Shown here: piece after piece, positions 18,821-28,801 of the stretch
How positions within the stretch are numbered: the stretch's first letter is position 1
Layout of the letters: each line of letters begins with the position of its first letter
Virus record (IMG/VR): IMGVR_UViG_3300008113_000003
Coordinates: 142,297-206,296 of that record
Reading direction: 5' to 3' (one strand)
DNA length: 64,000 nt
Made by a program: the position numbers and the translations under genes
The notes under the pieces: generated by a model
The model's input: only the letters and a program-made list of their open reading frames with translations
Database searches by the model: none
What the model was told of the DNA's origin: nothing

Positions 18821-19301
18821 TATACATGAAGAAAACTCAAAACTTTTAGGTAATTTCTATGAAGTACCTGAGGAAGTGTTGGTTTACGTAAAGTACGCTT
18901 TAAATAAACATGGTGAGGATAATAAAACGGCTAAGGGTTATAAAAGAGCTAATCATATTGTTAATAACCCAAATCAACCGTTTGTTAATTTAGTTAACAT
19001 TAAAAACTATTTTGACACCCTTGATCCAAATAACATTAATAACGTTGAGTTTGATTTGCATGGTGGTAAAGTAATGAATACTTGGGTCCAGGATTTAATA
19101 AAAAGGGAGAGAGAGCGAGTTGAGGGTAATAAAGTTGCTAGAACAAACGCTGGTATGGATGGTCAATTTAGAAAAGACTCTGAGGGTGATGAATTTAACA
19201 CCGATTTACCAAAAAACGTAATGGATACACCAGACATAATGTTTAATAGTGCATTACTTGAGGATATCAATAAAATAAAAAATTTAATAAATAAAATCTA
19301 A
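18813..19301 (+). CDS. Hypothetical protein (possible head-associated)
   Basis: 162-aa ORF ending LLEDINKIKNLINKI. Confidence 0.55.
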   Translation: MDNIHEENSKLLGNFYEVPEEVLVYVKYALNKHGEDNKTAKGYKRANHIVNNPNQPFVNLVNIKNYFDTLDPNNINNVEFDLHGGKVMNTWVQDLIKRERERVEGNKVARTNAGMDGQFRKDSEGDEFNTDLPKNVMDTPDIMFNSALLEDINKIKNLINKI

Positions 19302-19303
19302 TC

Positions 19304-19567
19304 ATGGCTGACAATATTTTAAAAGTACCAGCGTCAGAGCAATTAAGACAAGTTGCTTTTGAGGAAAGAGAGGGTAAATTAGTCCCAATCAACGAATATA
19401 AACCGAACTCTTTTGAATATAGCGCAACAAACCCTAACGCACTTAGTGGTGACGCTAAAGGAAAAGGTGACATTGGTAATACTACTGATGTTGAAGAAAG
19501 ATCAAAATTAGTTGCTGTTAACAATTATAAAGATACCAACACATATCCAGATTCATCTGTAGTTTAA
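19304..19567 (+). CDS. Hypothetical protein
   Basis: 87-aa ORF, tightly packed in the operon. Confidence 0.55.
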   Translation: MADNILKVPASEQLRQVAFEEREGKLVPINEYKPNSFEYSATNPNALSGDAKGKGDIGNTTDVEERSKLVAVNNYKDTNTYPDSSVV

Positions 19568-19579
19568 TTTTTTTTATTT

Positions 19580-20146
19580 ATGCTTATTATTGAACAAAAC
19601 GAGAATGAAAAATTGTCCTTATTACGTCAAGCAATTGAAGATAAGGTAGAAATTTCATTTTGGTATAGAGGTGTCAAAGTTAGCGACCCTAAGAATAAGA
19701 AATACACCAAACAAAACTGGAGATTTGCTCAACCAACCGATTTAGGTAAGAGTAAAGGTGAAGGTAATAGATGGATGTTAAGGGCTTATCAAAAAAGTGG
19801 AGTTAGCAACACCAATAATAGAGCGTGGAAAACATTTTTAGTGGATGAAATGAATAACATAACCCTGTTAAACGCAGATAATAAGGCATACGTTTTACAA
19901 AAATATGGCTATTTTGAAAAACCAGACGGATCTGGTTTTAGTTTGAGTGGGGATAAAAAAATGGTTAATGATAAACCAGAAATTAAAATAGATATAAATA
20001 AAAAAAGACCAGAAAATAAACCAGAAGAAAAACCAGCTGAACCTCAAGCTCAAGTACAAAATGTGCCTGGGACCACAGATGATAAGGAAACAATAGCTGA
20101 ACACAGTTCTGGATTCTTAAAATGGATATATAATATATATGGATAA
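19580..20146 (+). CDS. WYL-domain protein with a low-complexity C-tail
   Basis: AIEDKVEISFWY...RFAQPTDLG...MLRAYQKSG...WKTFLVDEM resembles the WYL core. Confidence 0.6.
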   Translation: MLIIEQNENEKLSLLRQAIEDKVEISFWYRGVKVSDPKNKKYTKQNWRFAQPTDLGKSKGEGNRWMLRAYQKSGVSNTNNRAWKTFLVDEMNNITLLNADNKAYVLQKYGYFEKPDGSGFSLSGDKKMVNDKPEIKIDINKKRPENKPEEKPAEPQAQVQNVPGTTDDKETIAEHSSGFLKWIYNIYG

Positions 20147-20747
20147 TCAAGATAAAGCTGCACTATTAGCGCAAGGAATCGCTAAAGCAAGAATGGTGAT
20201 GGAAAAAGTTGAGGCCAACACAGGCGGTAAAATGGCTCAAGATAGAGGTATGTCTGGAATCAACAGAGAAATCTATTCAGACAATTACCAAGAACGTGAA
20301 CCAGAATACTTAACCGAAGAGGAAGTTGCTGCAAGAACAAGAAATGCCGCTGGTAATGTACCAAAAAACACAATGAGAAATTTAGCAACATCAAAAATGC
20401 CAAAAGAAATACTACAATCATTCATCGACAACCCGATTGTTGATCCAACAATCCCAGTTGGGATGGATAGTTTAATGGAGCAAGTTGCTAAAACGCAACC
20501 TAAAATGAAACAAATTGAGGAAATGGCTCAACCAAGGCCTGCTGCACCAGCTCAATCGGCACCAGCTATAACAATGGATAAGGAATTAATTGAATATATC
20601 ATTAAAAAGACTGTTGAGACTGTTCTTGAAGAACAAGCTAAAAAAACAAGTATTGATGAAAATTTTCAAATTAAAATAGGTGACAAAGTATTTGGTGGTA
20701 AACTAAATGTTTTGAAAGAAAATAATAATAAAACAAATAAAAAGTAA
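20139..20747 (+). CDS. Hypothetical protein
   Basis: 202-aa ORF. Confidence 0.55.
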   Translation: MDNQDKAALLAQGIAKARMVMEKVEANTGGKMAQDRGMSGINREIYSDNYQEREPEYLTEEEVAARTRNAAGNVPKNTMRNLATSKMPKEILQSFIDNPIVDPTIPVGMDSLMEQVAKTQPKMKQIEEMAQPRPAAPAQSAPAITMDKELIEYIIKKTVETVLEEQAKKTSIDENFQIKIGDKVFGGKLNVLKENNNKTNKK

Positions 20748-20751
20748 AACT

Positions 20752-20916
20752 ATGACAAAAGAACAAGTATTAGGAATCGTAAGACACTTATTAACATTTG
20801 TTGGTGGTGTTTTGGTCGCAAAAGGTTTAGCGACTGATGTTTTGTCTAACGAATTAATCGGTGCCGCTATGACATTAGTTGGTGGTATATGGTCAATCGT
20901 AGCAAAAAATAAATAA
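20752..20916 (+). CDS. Small two-TM membrane protein, putative holin (Pam3 gp28-like); not in the ORF track
   Basis: Manual translation: MTKEQVLGIVRHLLTFVGGVLVAKGLATDVLSNELIGAAMTLVGGIWSIVAKNK (54 aa). Confidence 0.65.
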   Translation: MTKEQVLGIVRHLLTFVGGVLVAKGLATDVLSNELIGAAMTLVGGIWSIVAKNK

Positions 20917-20933
20917 CTAAAAAAGGTAAAAAC

Positions 20934-21122
20934 ATGCATGTAATTAAATTTTGTAAGAATAAGTGTTGCCCAGTTATCGAGGTTCAAGAAAACGCCATAG
21001 TATTAGGCGACAAAGATGGACCAGAAGGTATAACAACATGGACCAAAAACCAATTTGCTGACTTTGTTGAAGCAGCTAAAGAAGGTAAATTTGACGAGAT
21101 TGTTAACGAATCTGAAAACTAA
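20934..21122 (+). CDS. DUF397-like small protein
   Basis: CCPVIEV...IVLGDKDGPEG...WTKNQFADFVEAAKEGKFD resembles CVEV...RDSK.P...F...W..F...VK.GEFD. Confidence 0.45.
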   Translation: MHVIKFCKNKCCPVIEVQENAIVLGDKDGPEGITTWTKNQFADFVEAAKEGKFDEIVNESEN

Positions 21123-21146
21123 GATTCTAACTAGAAAAAATAAATG

Positions 21147-21176
21147 ATGGGGGATTTGATATTCCCCATTTTTTTT
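21147..21176 (+). terminator. Rho-independent terminator
   Basis: ATGGGGGA/TTCCCCAT stem followed by a T-run. Confidence 0.75.
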
Positions 21177-21235
21177 GTACTTTTGTTTTGATTTTTCCTT
21201 AATTTTTACTATTATTATGGAAACATAGTCAACTT

Positions 21236-22456
21236 ATGAGTAAAATTAACATATTGGTACAACCAAATGACCGAGCTGGTTCGGGTAAATATAGATGCGT
21301 AGATCCTCACGTGACTTTACAAAATAATAATCCAGATGATTTTTTTGTTGAAATTAATGAAAACGTTAATTTTAATGATGATAGCTATTTAAAAAAGTTC
21401 CAATTATTCTTTTTCCATAGGGCTCCAGGCGGTAACTATCTACAGGGTGTTGAGATTATTAAGAAGATTAAGTCATTTGGTGGTAAAGTAATCATTGACT
21501 TGGATGACCATTGGAATTTAGACCCATCACACGGTTTATATCAAACTTCAAAAAAGAATGATATTCCGCTACACACAATTAATATTGTAAGAGAGGCTGA
21601 TTTAGTAACAGTTTCAACCCACTTTTTACAGAAAGAGGTTTTAAAATATAACAAAAAATGCGTTGTATTGGCAAACGCTATAAACCCTAACGAAACACAG
21701 TTTAAACCACAACCCAGTCAGTCTGATAAATTAAGATTTGGTTGGTTAGGTGGTTCTTCACACGTTAAGGATATCGAATTGTTAAAAGGCGTACCACAAA
21801 GATCAAATGAGTACGGTGATAAAATGCAAATTGTTTTATGTGGGTATGACACCAGGGGTAAAGTTAAAGCAATACACCCAGAAACTGGTCAGGTTATGGA
21901 AAGAGATATGCAACCTGTTGAAACAACTTGGTTTATGTACGAAATATTTTTAACAGACCACTTTAAAACCATCAAAGATCAAGAGTACATCAAACATTTA
22001 TTAAAATTTGATCAAACCCTTAATTATGATGATAAGAACATGCCGTATAGAAGAATATGGACTAAATCTATTGATACTTACGCAAAGGGTTATAATGAAT
22101 TTGATGTGGCTTTAGCGCCATTAAACGATAGTTCTTTTAACATGTATAAATCACAATTAAAAGTTATTGAGGCTGGTTTCCATAAAAAGGCTATTATTGC
22201 ACAAAATTATGGCCCTTACACTATTGATCTAATTTCTTCAATTGAAAAAGGTGGTGGATTTAACCCAAAAGGTAACGCTTTGTTAGTTGAGCCGAGTAAA
22301 AATCACAAACAATGGAGTCAACATATCAAAAGATTAATTGATAATCCTAATCTTGTTGAGGATCTTGGTGAAAAATTATACGAAACTGTTAAAGACAGAT
22401 ATGATATAAATTACGTAACAAAATTGAGAGTTGAAATTTATAAAACATTAATATAA
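21236..22456 (+). CDS. Glycosyltransferase, GT-B fold (GT4-like)
   Basis: IIDLDDHW, FGWLGGSSH, DVALAPL...FNMYKSQLKVIEAG. Confidence 0.8.
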   Translation: MSKINILVQPNDRAGSGKYRCVDPHVTLQNNNPDDFFVEINENVNFNDDSYLKKFQLFFFHRAPGGNYLQGVEIIKKIKSFGGKVIIDLDDHWNLDPSHGLYQTSKKNDIPLHTINIVREADLVTVSTHFLQKEVLKYNKKCVVLANAINPNETQFKPQPSQSDKLRFGWLGGSSHVKDIELLKGVPQRSNEYGDKMQIVLCGYDTRGKVKAIHPETGQVMERDMQPVETTWFMYEIFLTDHFKTIKDQEYIKHLLKFDQTLNYDDKNMPYRRIWTKSIDTYAKGYNEFDVALAPLNDSSFNMYKSQLKVIEAGFHKKAIIAQNYGPYTIDLISSIEKGGGFNPKGNALLVEPSKNHKQWSQHIKRLIDNPNLVEDLGEKLYETVKDRYDINYVTKLRVEIYKTLI

Positions 22457-22457
22457 C

Positions 22458-23042
22458 ATGAACGATAGATTAGAAAATTTAAACATGGACGATCTTTTTG
22501 ATGATGAAACCAAAAATGAACTGGATAATATCCTAAAACAAACCCAACATATGATGGGTGATTGGGATTATGATCCAAATGACATGACAATTAAATTAAA
22601 GGTTTCTTTTATTAATAAATCAAATAACCCCGATCCAACTTATGAAAAAGAGGGTGATAGTGGTTTTGATATCAGAGCGAATAATGATAAAACGATTGAA
22701 ATTGAGCCTGGACACAGAGCTTTAATACCAACAGGCTTGTATTTTGAAATACCCATGGGTTATGAATTACAAGTTAGGTCCAGAAGTGGACTTGCATTAA
22801 AAAATGGTATTATGGTTTTAAATAGCCCTGGCACCGTTGATTCTGGTTATAGGGGTGAGGTTGGTGTTATTTTACATAACTCAGATAAATCAGCACCTTT
22901 TTATGTTCACAAAGGTGATAGAATAGCACAAGGTGTTATCGCTGCTGTACAAACAATGGGTAAAACTAAATTTATAAAAACAAACGAACTATCAAGTAGC
23001 GACAGAGGTACTGGTGGTTTCGGATCAACTGGTATTAATTAA
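22458..23042 (+). CDS. dut: Trimeric dUTPase
   Basis: GDSGFDIRA, RSRSGLA, GTVDSGYRGE, RIAQGV, RGTGGFGSTG (motifs I-V). Confidence 0.95.
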   Translation: MNDRLENLNMDDLFDDETKNELDNILKQTQHMMGDWDYDPNDMTIKLKVSFINKSNNPDPTYEKEGDSGFDIRANNDKTIEIEPGHRALIPTGLYFEIPMGYELQVRSRSGLALKNGIMVLNSPGTVDSGYRGEVGVILHNSDKSAPFYVHKGDRIAQGVIAAVQTMGKTKFIKTNELSSSDRGTGGFGSTGIN

Positions 23043-23347
23043 TGGTAGTATTTAAAGATCAAATAAAAGCTTATAAAGCGATCACACAAGATATCTTAAA
23101 CCAGATAGAATATAAAACTGTTTGGTCTGGTAAAAGAATTGAGGTGGGTGATAAAGTTTTGTACGCATTTGTATACCCTTTAAATTCAGAGGACTATAAA
23201 TTAGCAACGTTCCTTGAACGTGAATTAGATGAAGTTAACCAAATCTTCACCTATGTACAAACAATAAAAGGTATTATACCTGTATTAAAATATAAAAATG
23301 ATAATCTTGTGAGAGATTTAATCATAGAGGAAGAGGATGAGTCATAA
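23042..23347 (+). CDS. Hypothetical protein
   Basis: 101-aa ORF, translationally coupled. Confidence 0.5.
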   Translation: MVVFKDQIKAYKAITQDILNQIEYKTVWSGKRIEVGDKVLYAFVYPLNSEDYKLATFLERELDEVNQIFTYVQTIKGIIPVLKYKNDNLVRDLIIEEEDES

Positions 23348-24773
23348 AATTAGTATCGTTTTCTCAACGAGAAAAATAGAAAATAGTTTCATTGAACATG
23401 TTAAAAAAACATGTATGTATAAGGGTGTTGAAGTTTTGCCTTATGAAAATAAGGGTGAATATTCTTTAACCGAAATATATAATAAGGGTTTAAACGAGGC
23501 ATCAAGCGATATTGTTATTTTTTGTCATGACGATATCTTGTTTGAAACAAAAAATTGGGGTGAAAAAGTTTTAAAAGCTTTTGAAAAAAACCCTGAATAT
23601 GGTATTCTTGGTGTTGCTGGTACTAACCACATGATTAGTGGTATGTGGTGGGAAGTGCGTAATGCGATGCATGGAACTGTTAAACATACCGATGGTGTAA
23701 AAACATGGACAAACAAATACTCCGCAAATTACGGCAACCAATTAAAAGAAATGGTTGCTGTTGACGGTTTATTTATTGCTGTTAATAAGGCCAAAATAGA
23801 AAATGTTTTTGATGATAGATTTAAAGGTTTTCATTTTTATGATATATCATTTTGTTTATCAAACCATATTAACGGTGTCAATATTGGGTTAATATCAAAT
23901 ATAACAATATTACATAAATCTGTTGGCCAAGTTAATGAACAATGGATGGAAAATAAAACTTTGTTTGAAGAAATATATGGCGATAAATTACCTATTTGTT
24001 TAAACGAAGAAACAAAACATATTATCTTCGATAAAGAATTACCAAAGATTGATATGCATGTTCTTTGTTGGAATGAGGAAAAGATTATACCATACTTCTT
24101 AAATCACTATGAAAATTTTGTTACAAACATTATTGTTTACGATAATAAATCAAATGATAACACCAATAAACTTTTAAAAGCGCACCCAAAGGTTACTATT
24201 ATACCTTATGACACAAATGGGGAAATAAGAGATGACGCTTATCTTCAAATAAAAAACAACGCCTGGAAAAATTCAATCGGTAAAGCTGATATTGTTATAG
24301 TTTGCGATATGGATGAATTTTTGTATGCGGAAGATTTTAAATCAGCGATTATTGAGTTTAATAACAGCGATGCCACGATAGTTAAACCAACTGGGTATGA
24401 TATGATTGTTTCTGATTTTAATTTTGATTATACAAATAAATTAACAGACCTTGTTAAAACTGGTTATAAAAACAACCTCTTTGATAAGATGGTTATGTTT
24501 AAGACAAAAAACATAACTGATATGAATTATAACGGTGGTTGTCACGTAGCGGCACCTAGAGGTAACAAAGTTAGTCTATTTGAAAATAAATTCTTATTAC
24601 TACATTATAAAAGACTTGGGTTAAAATATTTTTTAAATAAAATGTCTGCTTACAGAAAAAGGTTAAGTGATTTTAATAAAAAATATAAGCTTGGTTATGA
24701 ATATGAATTTGATAACAATAAACATACCGAAGATTTTAATGAGTCTTTAAATAAAATAGTTGAGGTTATTTAA
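23337..24773 (+). CDS. Two-domain glycosyltransferase (GT-A/GT2-like N-domain plus second GT-A domain)
   Basis: IFCHDDI, AVDGLFIA, FHFYDISFC in the N-half; CWNEEKIIPYFLNHY, VYDNKSND, VCDMDEFL in the C-half. Confidence 0.8.
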   Translation: MSHKISIVFSTRKIENSFIEHVKKTCMYKGVEVLPYENKGEYSLTEIYNKGLNEASSDIVIFCHDDILFETKNWGEKVLKAFEKNPEYGILGVAGTNHMISGMWWEVRNAMHGTVKHTDGVKTWTNKYSANYGNQLKEMVAVDGLFIAVNKAKIENVFDDRFKGFHFYDISFCLSNHINGVNIGLISNITILHKSVGQVNEQWMENKTLFEEIYGDKLPICLNEETKHIIFDKELPKIDMHVLCWNEEKIIPYFLNHYENFVTNIIVYDNKSNDNTNKLLKAHPKVTIIPYDTNGEIRDDAYLQIKNNAWKNSIGKADIVIVCDMDEFLYAEDFKSAIIEFNNSDATIVKPTGYDMIVSDFNFDYTNKLTDLVKTGYKNNLFDKMVMFKTKNITDMNYNGGCHVAAPRGNKVSLFENKFLLLHYKRLGLKYFLNKMSAYRKRLSDFNKKYKLGYEYEFDNNKHTEDFNESLNKIVEVI

Positions 24774-24806
24774 GTTTAGCAACTATTTAATTTAAAAAAA
24801 TATTGT

Positions 24807-25814
24807 ATGGGATTTTTTAGGATAAAAAAAAGAGTAAAGACTGATAATAATTCTGAGGTCAATACCGTTGATTTTAATAATGAAAGTGATGACATTGTGG
24901 AAGAAAGATTACCTGAAACGCAAAAATCTTCAATCAGAAAAAAATATACAGGTGATAACACTGGTGAACCATACATGAGTAAGCAACCAAAAATTATTAA
25001 AGTAGAAACCGAAAAACCTATAAATAAGTTTTTTAAGAAGAATGATCGTATTATAGATTATTCAATGCCAGATATAACTGAAACGTTTGGTGTTATCGAT
25101 AACATTAATAAAGTAAAACCTTACCCTTTTAGACAAAGAAGATTAGCGGTCTTTATACATATGTATTACCCAGATTTATGGGATACACTAGATTCATACT
25201 TAAATAATATCAGGTGTGATTTTGATTTATATGTTAATATTGTTATAGATAACTATGATCAAGAAACTGTGTATAAAATAATTGACAAATACCCAAATGC
25301 TAAAATAATAAAAAATATTAATAAAGGTAGGGATATCGGTGGGTTAATAACGATGTCAAAATATATTATTAAAAATCAGTATGACTCCATATATTTTATA
25401 CACACAAAGAAAAGCCCGCATTTAAAAAGTGGTCATGTTTGGAGAACTGATATGTTAAACACTTTAATGGGTAGTGAAACAAAAATAACTAATTTTATAA
25501 AAGATATAAGATATAACGATGTTGGTTTAATAGCACCTGGATTATATCTGACAAAATCAATGGGTAGTAACTACAATAACCTAAAAAGACTTTTAAATTT
25601 ATATGAAATCGAATATGATTTAAATAATTTAGAGTTTTCGGCTGGAACTTTTTTCTTATGTAGTGCGGAATTAATTGAAGAAATAGGTTCATTAATGGAT
25701 TTATCTTATTTTGAAGACGGTTCTGATTTAGATGGGCAGATGGCTCATGCTTTTGAAAGATTTTTACCTATACTAATAACAAAGAAAATTAATAAAACAA
25801 CAAAATATGTCTAA
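24807..25814 (+). CDS. RgpF-like (rhamnan synthesis F) protein
   Basis: AVFIHMYYPDLW, NKGRDIG, FIHTKKS, WRTDMLNTL, AGTFF, AHAFER. Confidence 0.75.
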   Translation: MGFFRIKKRVKTDNNSEVNTVDFNNESDDIVEERLPETQKSSIRKKYTGDNTGEPYMSKQPKIIKVETEKPINKFFKKNDRIIDYSMPDITETFGVIDNINKVKPYPFRQRRLAVFIHMYYPDLWDTLDSYLNNIRCDFDLYVNIVIDNYDQETVYKIIDKYPNAKIIKNINKGRDIGGLITMSKYIIKNQYDSIYFIHTKKSPHLKSGHVWRTDMLNTLMGSETKITNFIKDIRYNDVGLIAPGLYLTKSMGSNYNNLKRLLNLYEIEYDLNNLEFSAGTFFLCSAELIEEIGSLMDLSYFEDGSDLDGQMAHAFERFLPILITKKINKTTKYV

Positions 25815-26889
25815 GCCAAAAATTATTTGTTTTTATTTACCACAATTCCATCCTTTTGACGAAAACGATACTTTTTGGGGGCGTGGTTTTACCGAGTGGA
25901 ATAATTTATATGATGTAAAAACATTTCACAAAGACCAAAAATTTATGAGAACATCATATGAATTTGGGGATTATGATTTAAGAAGTTATAAAGTTAGAAA
26001 AAGACATGCTGAATTAGCTAAAGAGCATGGTATTGACGGTTTTTGTCTTTACCATTATTGGTTTTATGGGCACCCAGGTAATAAAGTTATGTACGAAGTT
26101 GCGGAAAGGATGTTAGAAGACGGTGAACCAAACATAAATTTTTGTTTTGAATGGGCAAATGAACCGTGGACAAAAACATGGGATGGGATGGAGAAAAACT
26201 ATCTGATTAAACAAGAGTATGGTTCTGAAAAAGACTGGACCGAACATTTTAATTATTTACTTAAGTTTTTTAAACATAAAAATTACATAAAAGTGGATAA
26301 TAAACCAATGTTTCTTGTTTATAGAATGGAGCATTTTAAAGAGTTTGATAAATTTAAAGATTTTTTTAATCAACTGGCTATAAAAGAAGGTTTTGACGGA
26401 ATTATTTTTTCACAAACATTAAACCATTTTAACCAGGATGGTAGTAATTATGGTGTTAATAAAAACGCTGATGCTTATATTGAATACCACCCAATGTTCA
26501 TAAATAGGTTTTCTAAACCAGAACCAGAAAGCAATGAAAAAGCGACAATTTTTTATGCGCCAAAAAAATGGGAAAAAATTGTTAAATTTAAAAAACCAGA
26601 AGAAATTGGTGACAAGCCGTACATACGTGGTTTTTATAGCGGTTGGGATTCTTCGCCAAGAGCTAAGAATAGATCGGCTACTATTGATCTTTACAATGAC
26701 CCAAAAACCTTTGAATTTTATTTAAAACAACAAATAGAAAATGTTGTTGAAGATAACAACGAACCGTATAATTATTTATTTATTTTTGCCTGGAATGAGT
26801 GGGGTGAAGGTGCGGTAATTGAACCAAGTGATTTATACGGAAATCAATATTTACTTGCTATAAAAAATTCATTGAATGGCGTTAAATAA
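25807..26889 (+). CDS. WbsX-family glycosyltransferase (GH99-like domain)
   Basis: FYLPQFH...ENDTFWGRGFTEW, GDYDL, YHYWF, WANEPW, WDSSPR, AWNEWGEG. Confidence 0.85.
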   Translation: MSKPKIICFYLPQFHPFDENDTFWGRGFTEWNNLYDVKTFHKDQKFMRTSYEFGDYDLRSYKVRKRHAELAKEHGIDGFCLYHYWFYGHPGNKVMYEVAERMLEDGEPNINFCFEWANEPWTKTWDGMEKNYLIKQEYGSEKDWTEHFNYLLKFFKHKNYIKVDNKPMFLVYRMEHFKEFDKFKDFFNQLAIKEGFDGIIFSQTLNHFNQDGSNYGVNKNADAYIEYHPMFINRFSKPEPESNEKATIFYAPKKWEKIVKFKKPEEIGDKPYIRGFYSGWDSSPRAKNRSATIDLYNDPKTFEFYLKQQIENVVEDNNEPYNYLFIFAWNEWGEGAVIEPSDLYGNQYLLAIKNSLNGVK

Positions 26890-27517
26890 AGTCTGCATAA
26901 TATCATTAAAATATTTAGAACCGTATTGGGAGTCAACGCAAAAAAATATAGTTGACTCGAAATTGCCAGTAATATACGTTGACAGGGGTGGTGTTGGCTC
27001 AATGACAACAGCTTTTAATAGTTGCATACCAAAATTACACGAATTGTTTAATGATAATTTACCAGAATATTTGTTTTTTGTAACAAATAATAATTTTACA
27101 TTAGATACTATTAATAGATTAGTTGAATCAATGGATAGTACAGGTTTTGCTGCAATACACCCAACACATGATAGTGATCACCCATCTCATGTGAATAATA
27201 AATCTGGACAAGTTATTGAAACAAAATACATTGAGTGGACATCACCAATTGTTAGAACTGATTTGTTTTTAAAATATCCTTTAAATGAAAATTATCATTA
27301 TTGGTTTTTTGATTTGGTTTGGAGTTTTGAAATCAAAAAGCTTGGTTATAAAATTGGTGTCGATCATGGCGCTTTTGTTGATCACAGGTATCTTGTGAAA
27401 GATTTATCAAACCCAATATCCAAAAAAAGAAAAGAATTAAGAGACGCTAGAAATGCTATTGAATATCAAATACTAAATAAGGATTATGGTAATAATTGGC
27501 AATTAATTCTTATGTAA
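26876..27517 (+). CDS. Putative GT-A glycosyltransferase
   Basis: AFN...YWFFDLVWS...IGVDH...VDH pattern; inside the glycosylation cluster. Confidence 0.5.
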   Translation: MALNKVCIISLKYLEPYWESTQKNIVDSKLPVIYVDRGGVGSMTTAFNSCIPKLHELFNDNLPEYLFFVTNNNFTLDTINRLVESMDSTGFAAIHPTHDSDHPSHVNNKSGQVIETKYIEWTSPIVRTDLFLKYPLNENYHYWFFDLVWSFEIKKLGYKIGVDHGAFVDHRYLVKDLSNPISKKRKELRDARNAIEYQILNKDYGNNWQLILM

Positions 27518-27527
27518 ATAAATTTAG

Positions 27528-27965
27528 ATGGAAGTAACAAAAATATTAATTGATTTTGATGGTGTCTTAACGGATGGTAAGATATATTATACACACAATG
27601 GTGAACAGTTTAAAGGTACCAACACACGTGATGTTAGGGCTATTAGGGAATTAATATCATATGGATATGATGTTATTATATTAACTGCAAGTAGTTGGCC
27701 AGGTTCAGAAACTTTCGCCAAAAAAACGGGATCGGAGATTGTTATATCAAAGGATAAAAAACTTTTTGCCGACCAGTTAAACGAAAAATTTATTGCTGTT
27801 GGTGATGATGTCTGGGATCTTGGTTTAATAGAAAAATCAGAAAGATTCTTCGCACCAAAAGATTGCGATAGGGCAATTCGTTATAGTAGTAATAAAATTG
27901 AAATACTTAACTGTAAAGGCGGTGAAGGCGTTATAGCCGAACTGGTATGGTTATTATGTAAATAA
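27528..27965 (+). CDS. KdsC-like HAD phosphatase
   Basis: DFDGVLTDG, RDVRAI, VGDDVWDL, CKGGEGVIAE. Confidence 0.75.
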   Translation: MEVTKILIDFDGVLTDGKIYYTHNGEQFKGTNTRDVRAIRELISYGYDVIILTASSWPGSETFAKKTGSEIVISKDKKLFADQLNEKFIAVGDDVWDLGLIEKSERFFAPKDCDRAIRYSSNKIEILNCKGGEGVIAELVWLLCK

Positions 27966-27984
27966 ATAAAAACAAAAAAAATCT

Positions 27985-28749
27985 ATGAACACAAACAAAA
28001 CAAAAACATCTTCTAGAAGAACAAGAAAAAAATTAACACCTGAAGAGGAGTATGAAGCTTTTGAGGCTATTAACAGAGCGCATAGCGGCAACGTTCTTGA
28101 TAAGATGAAAATTGACATCAAGTGTAAAACACAAAATCAAAAAAAATTAGTAACTGAAATAAAAAACAAAGAGATTGTTATTTGTTCTGGGTTACCAGGT
28201 ACTGGTAAAACCTTCTTATCTTGCGCTGTAGCGCTAGAACTCCTTAAGACTGACCCTAAATACCGAAAAATTGTTATCGTTAAATCTGTAACAACTTTGA
28301 AAGATGAGGAGATTGGGTTTTTAAAAGGTACTATGAAAGAAAAGATGGAACCATTTATGTACTCATTTATGCATAATTTTGAAAAAGTGGTTGGTAGACA
28401 TAATGTCGAGCTTTTAAGGGCTAATAATATGATTGAGGAAATGCCTATTGCTTATATGAGAGGTATTAATATTGATAACTCAATCACAATTATTGACGAG
28501 GCCCAAAACATCTCAATTGATAATATTAGAACTATTATGACCAGACTTGGTGAGAATTCTAAAATGATATTCTTGGGTGACGAGAATCAAATTGATATGA
28601 AAAAGAAGGGTGAAAGTTCTTTAAATTTCATTATCCAAAAATTTAGCGATTTTGACGAAGTTGGTACAATTACTTTGGGTGAGGATGATGTTGTTAGAAA
28701 CCCGCTAATTAAAAAAATCGAAAAAATATTTAACGAAAGTAAAATGTAG
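27985..28749 (+). CDS. phoH: PhoH-family ATPase
   Basis: GLPGTGKT, IGFLKG, AYMRG, IDEAQN, RLGENSK, GDENQID, VVRNPLI. Confidence 0.92.
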   Translation: MNTNKTKTSSRRTRKKLTPEEEYEAFEAINRAHSGNVLDKMKIDIKCKTQNQKKLVTEIKNKEIVICSGLPGTGKTFLSCAVALELLKTDPKYRKIVIVKSVTTLKDEEIGFLKGTMKEKMEPFMYSFMHNFEKVVGRHNVELLRANNMIEEMPIAYMRGINIDNSITIIDEAQNISIDNIRTIMTRLGENSKMIFLGDENQIDMKKKGESSLNFIIQKFSDFDEVGTITLGEDDVVRNPLIKKIEKIFNESKM

Positions 28750-28801
28750 ACTTTATTTTAGGCTGAAACCATGTTATTTTTATACAAAAATAATCCATAA
28801 T

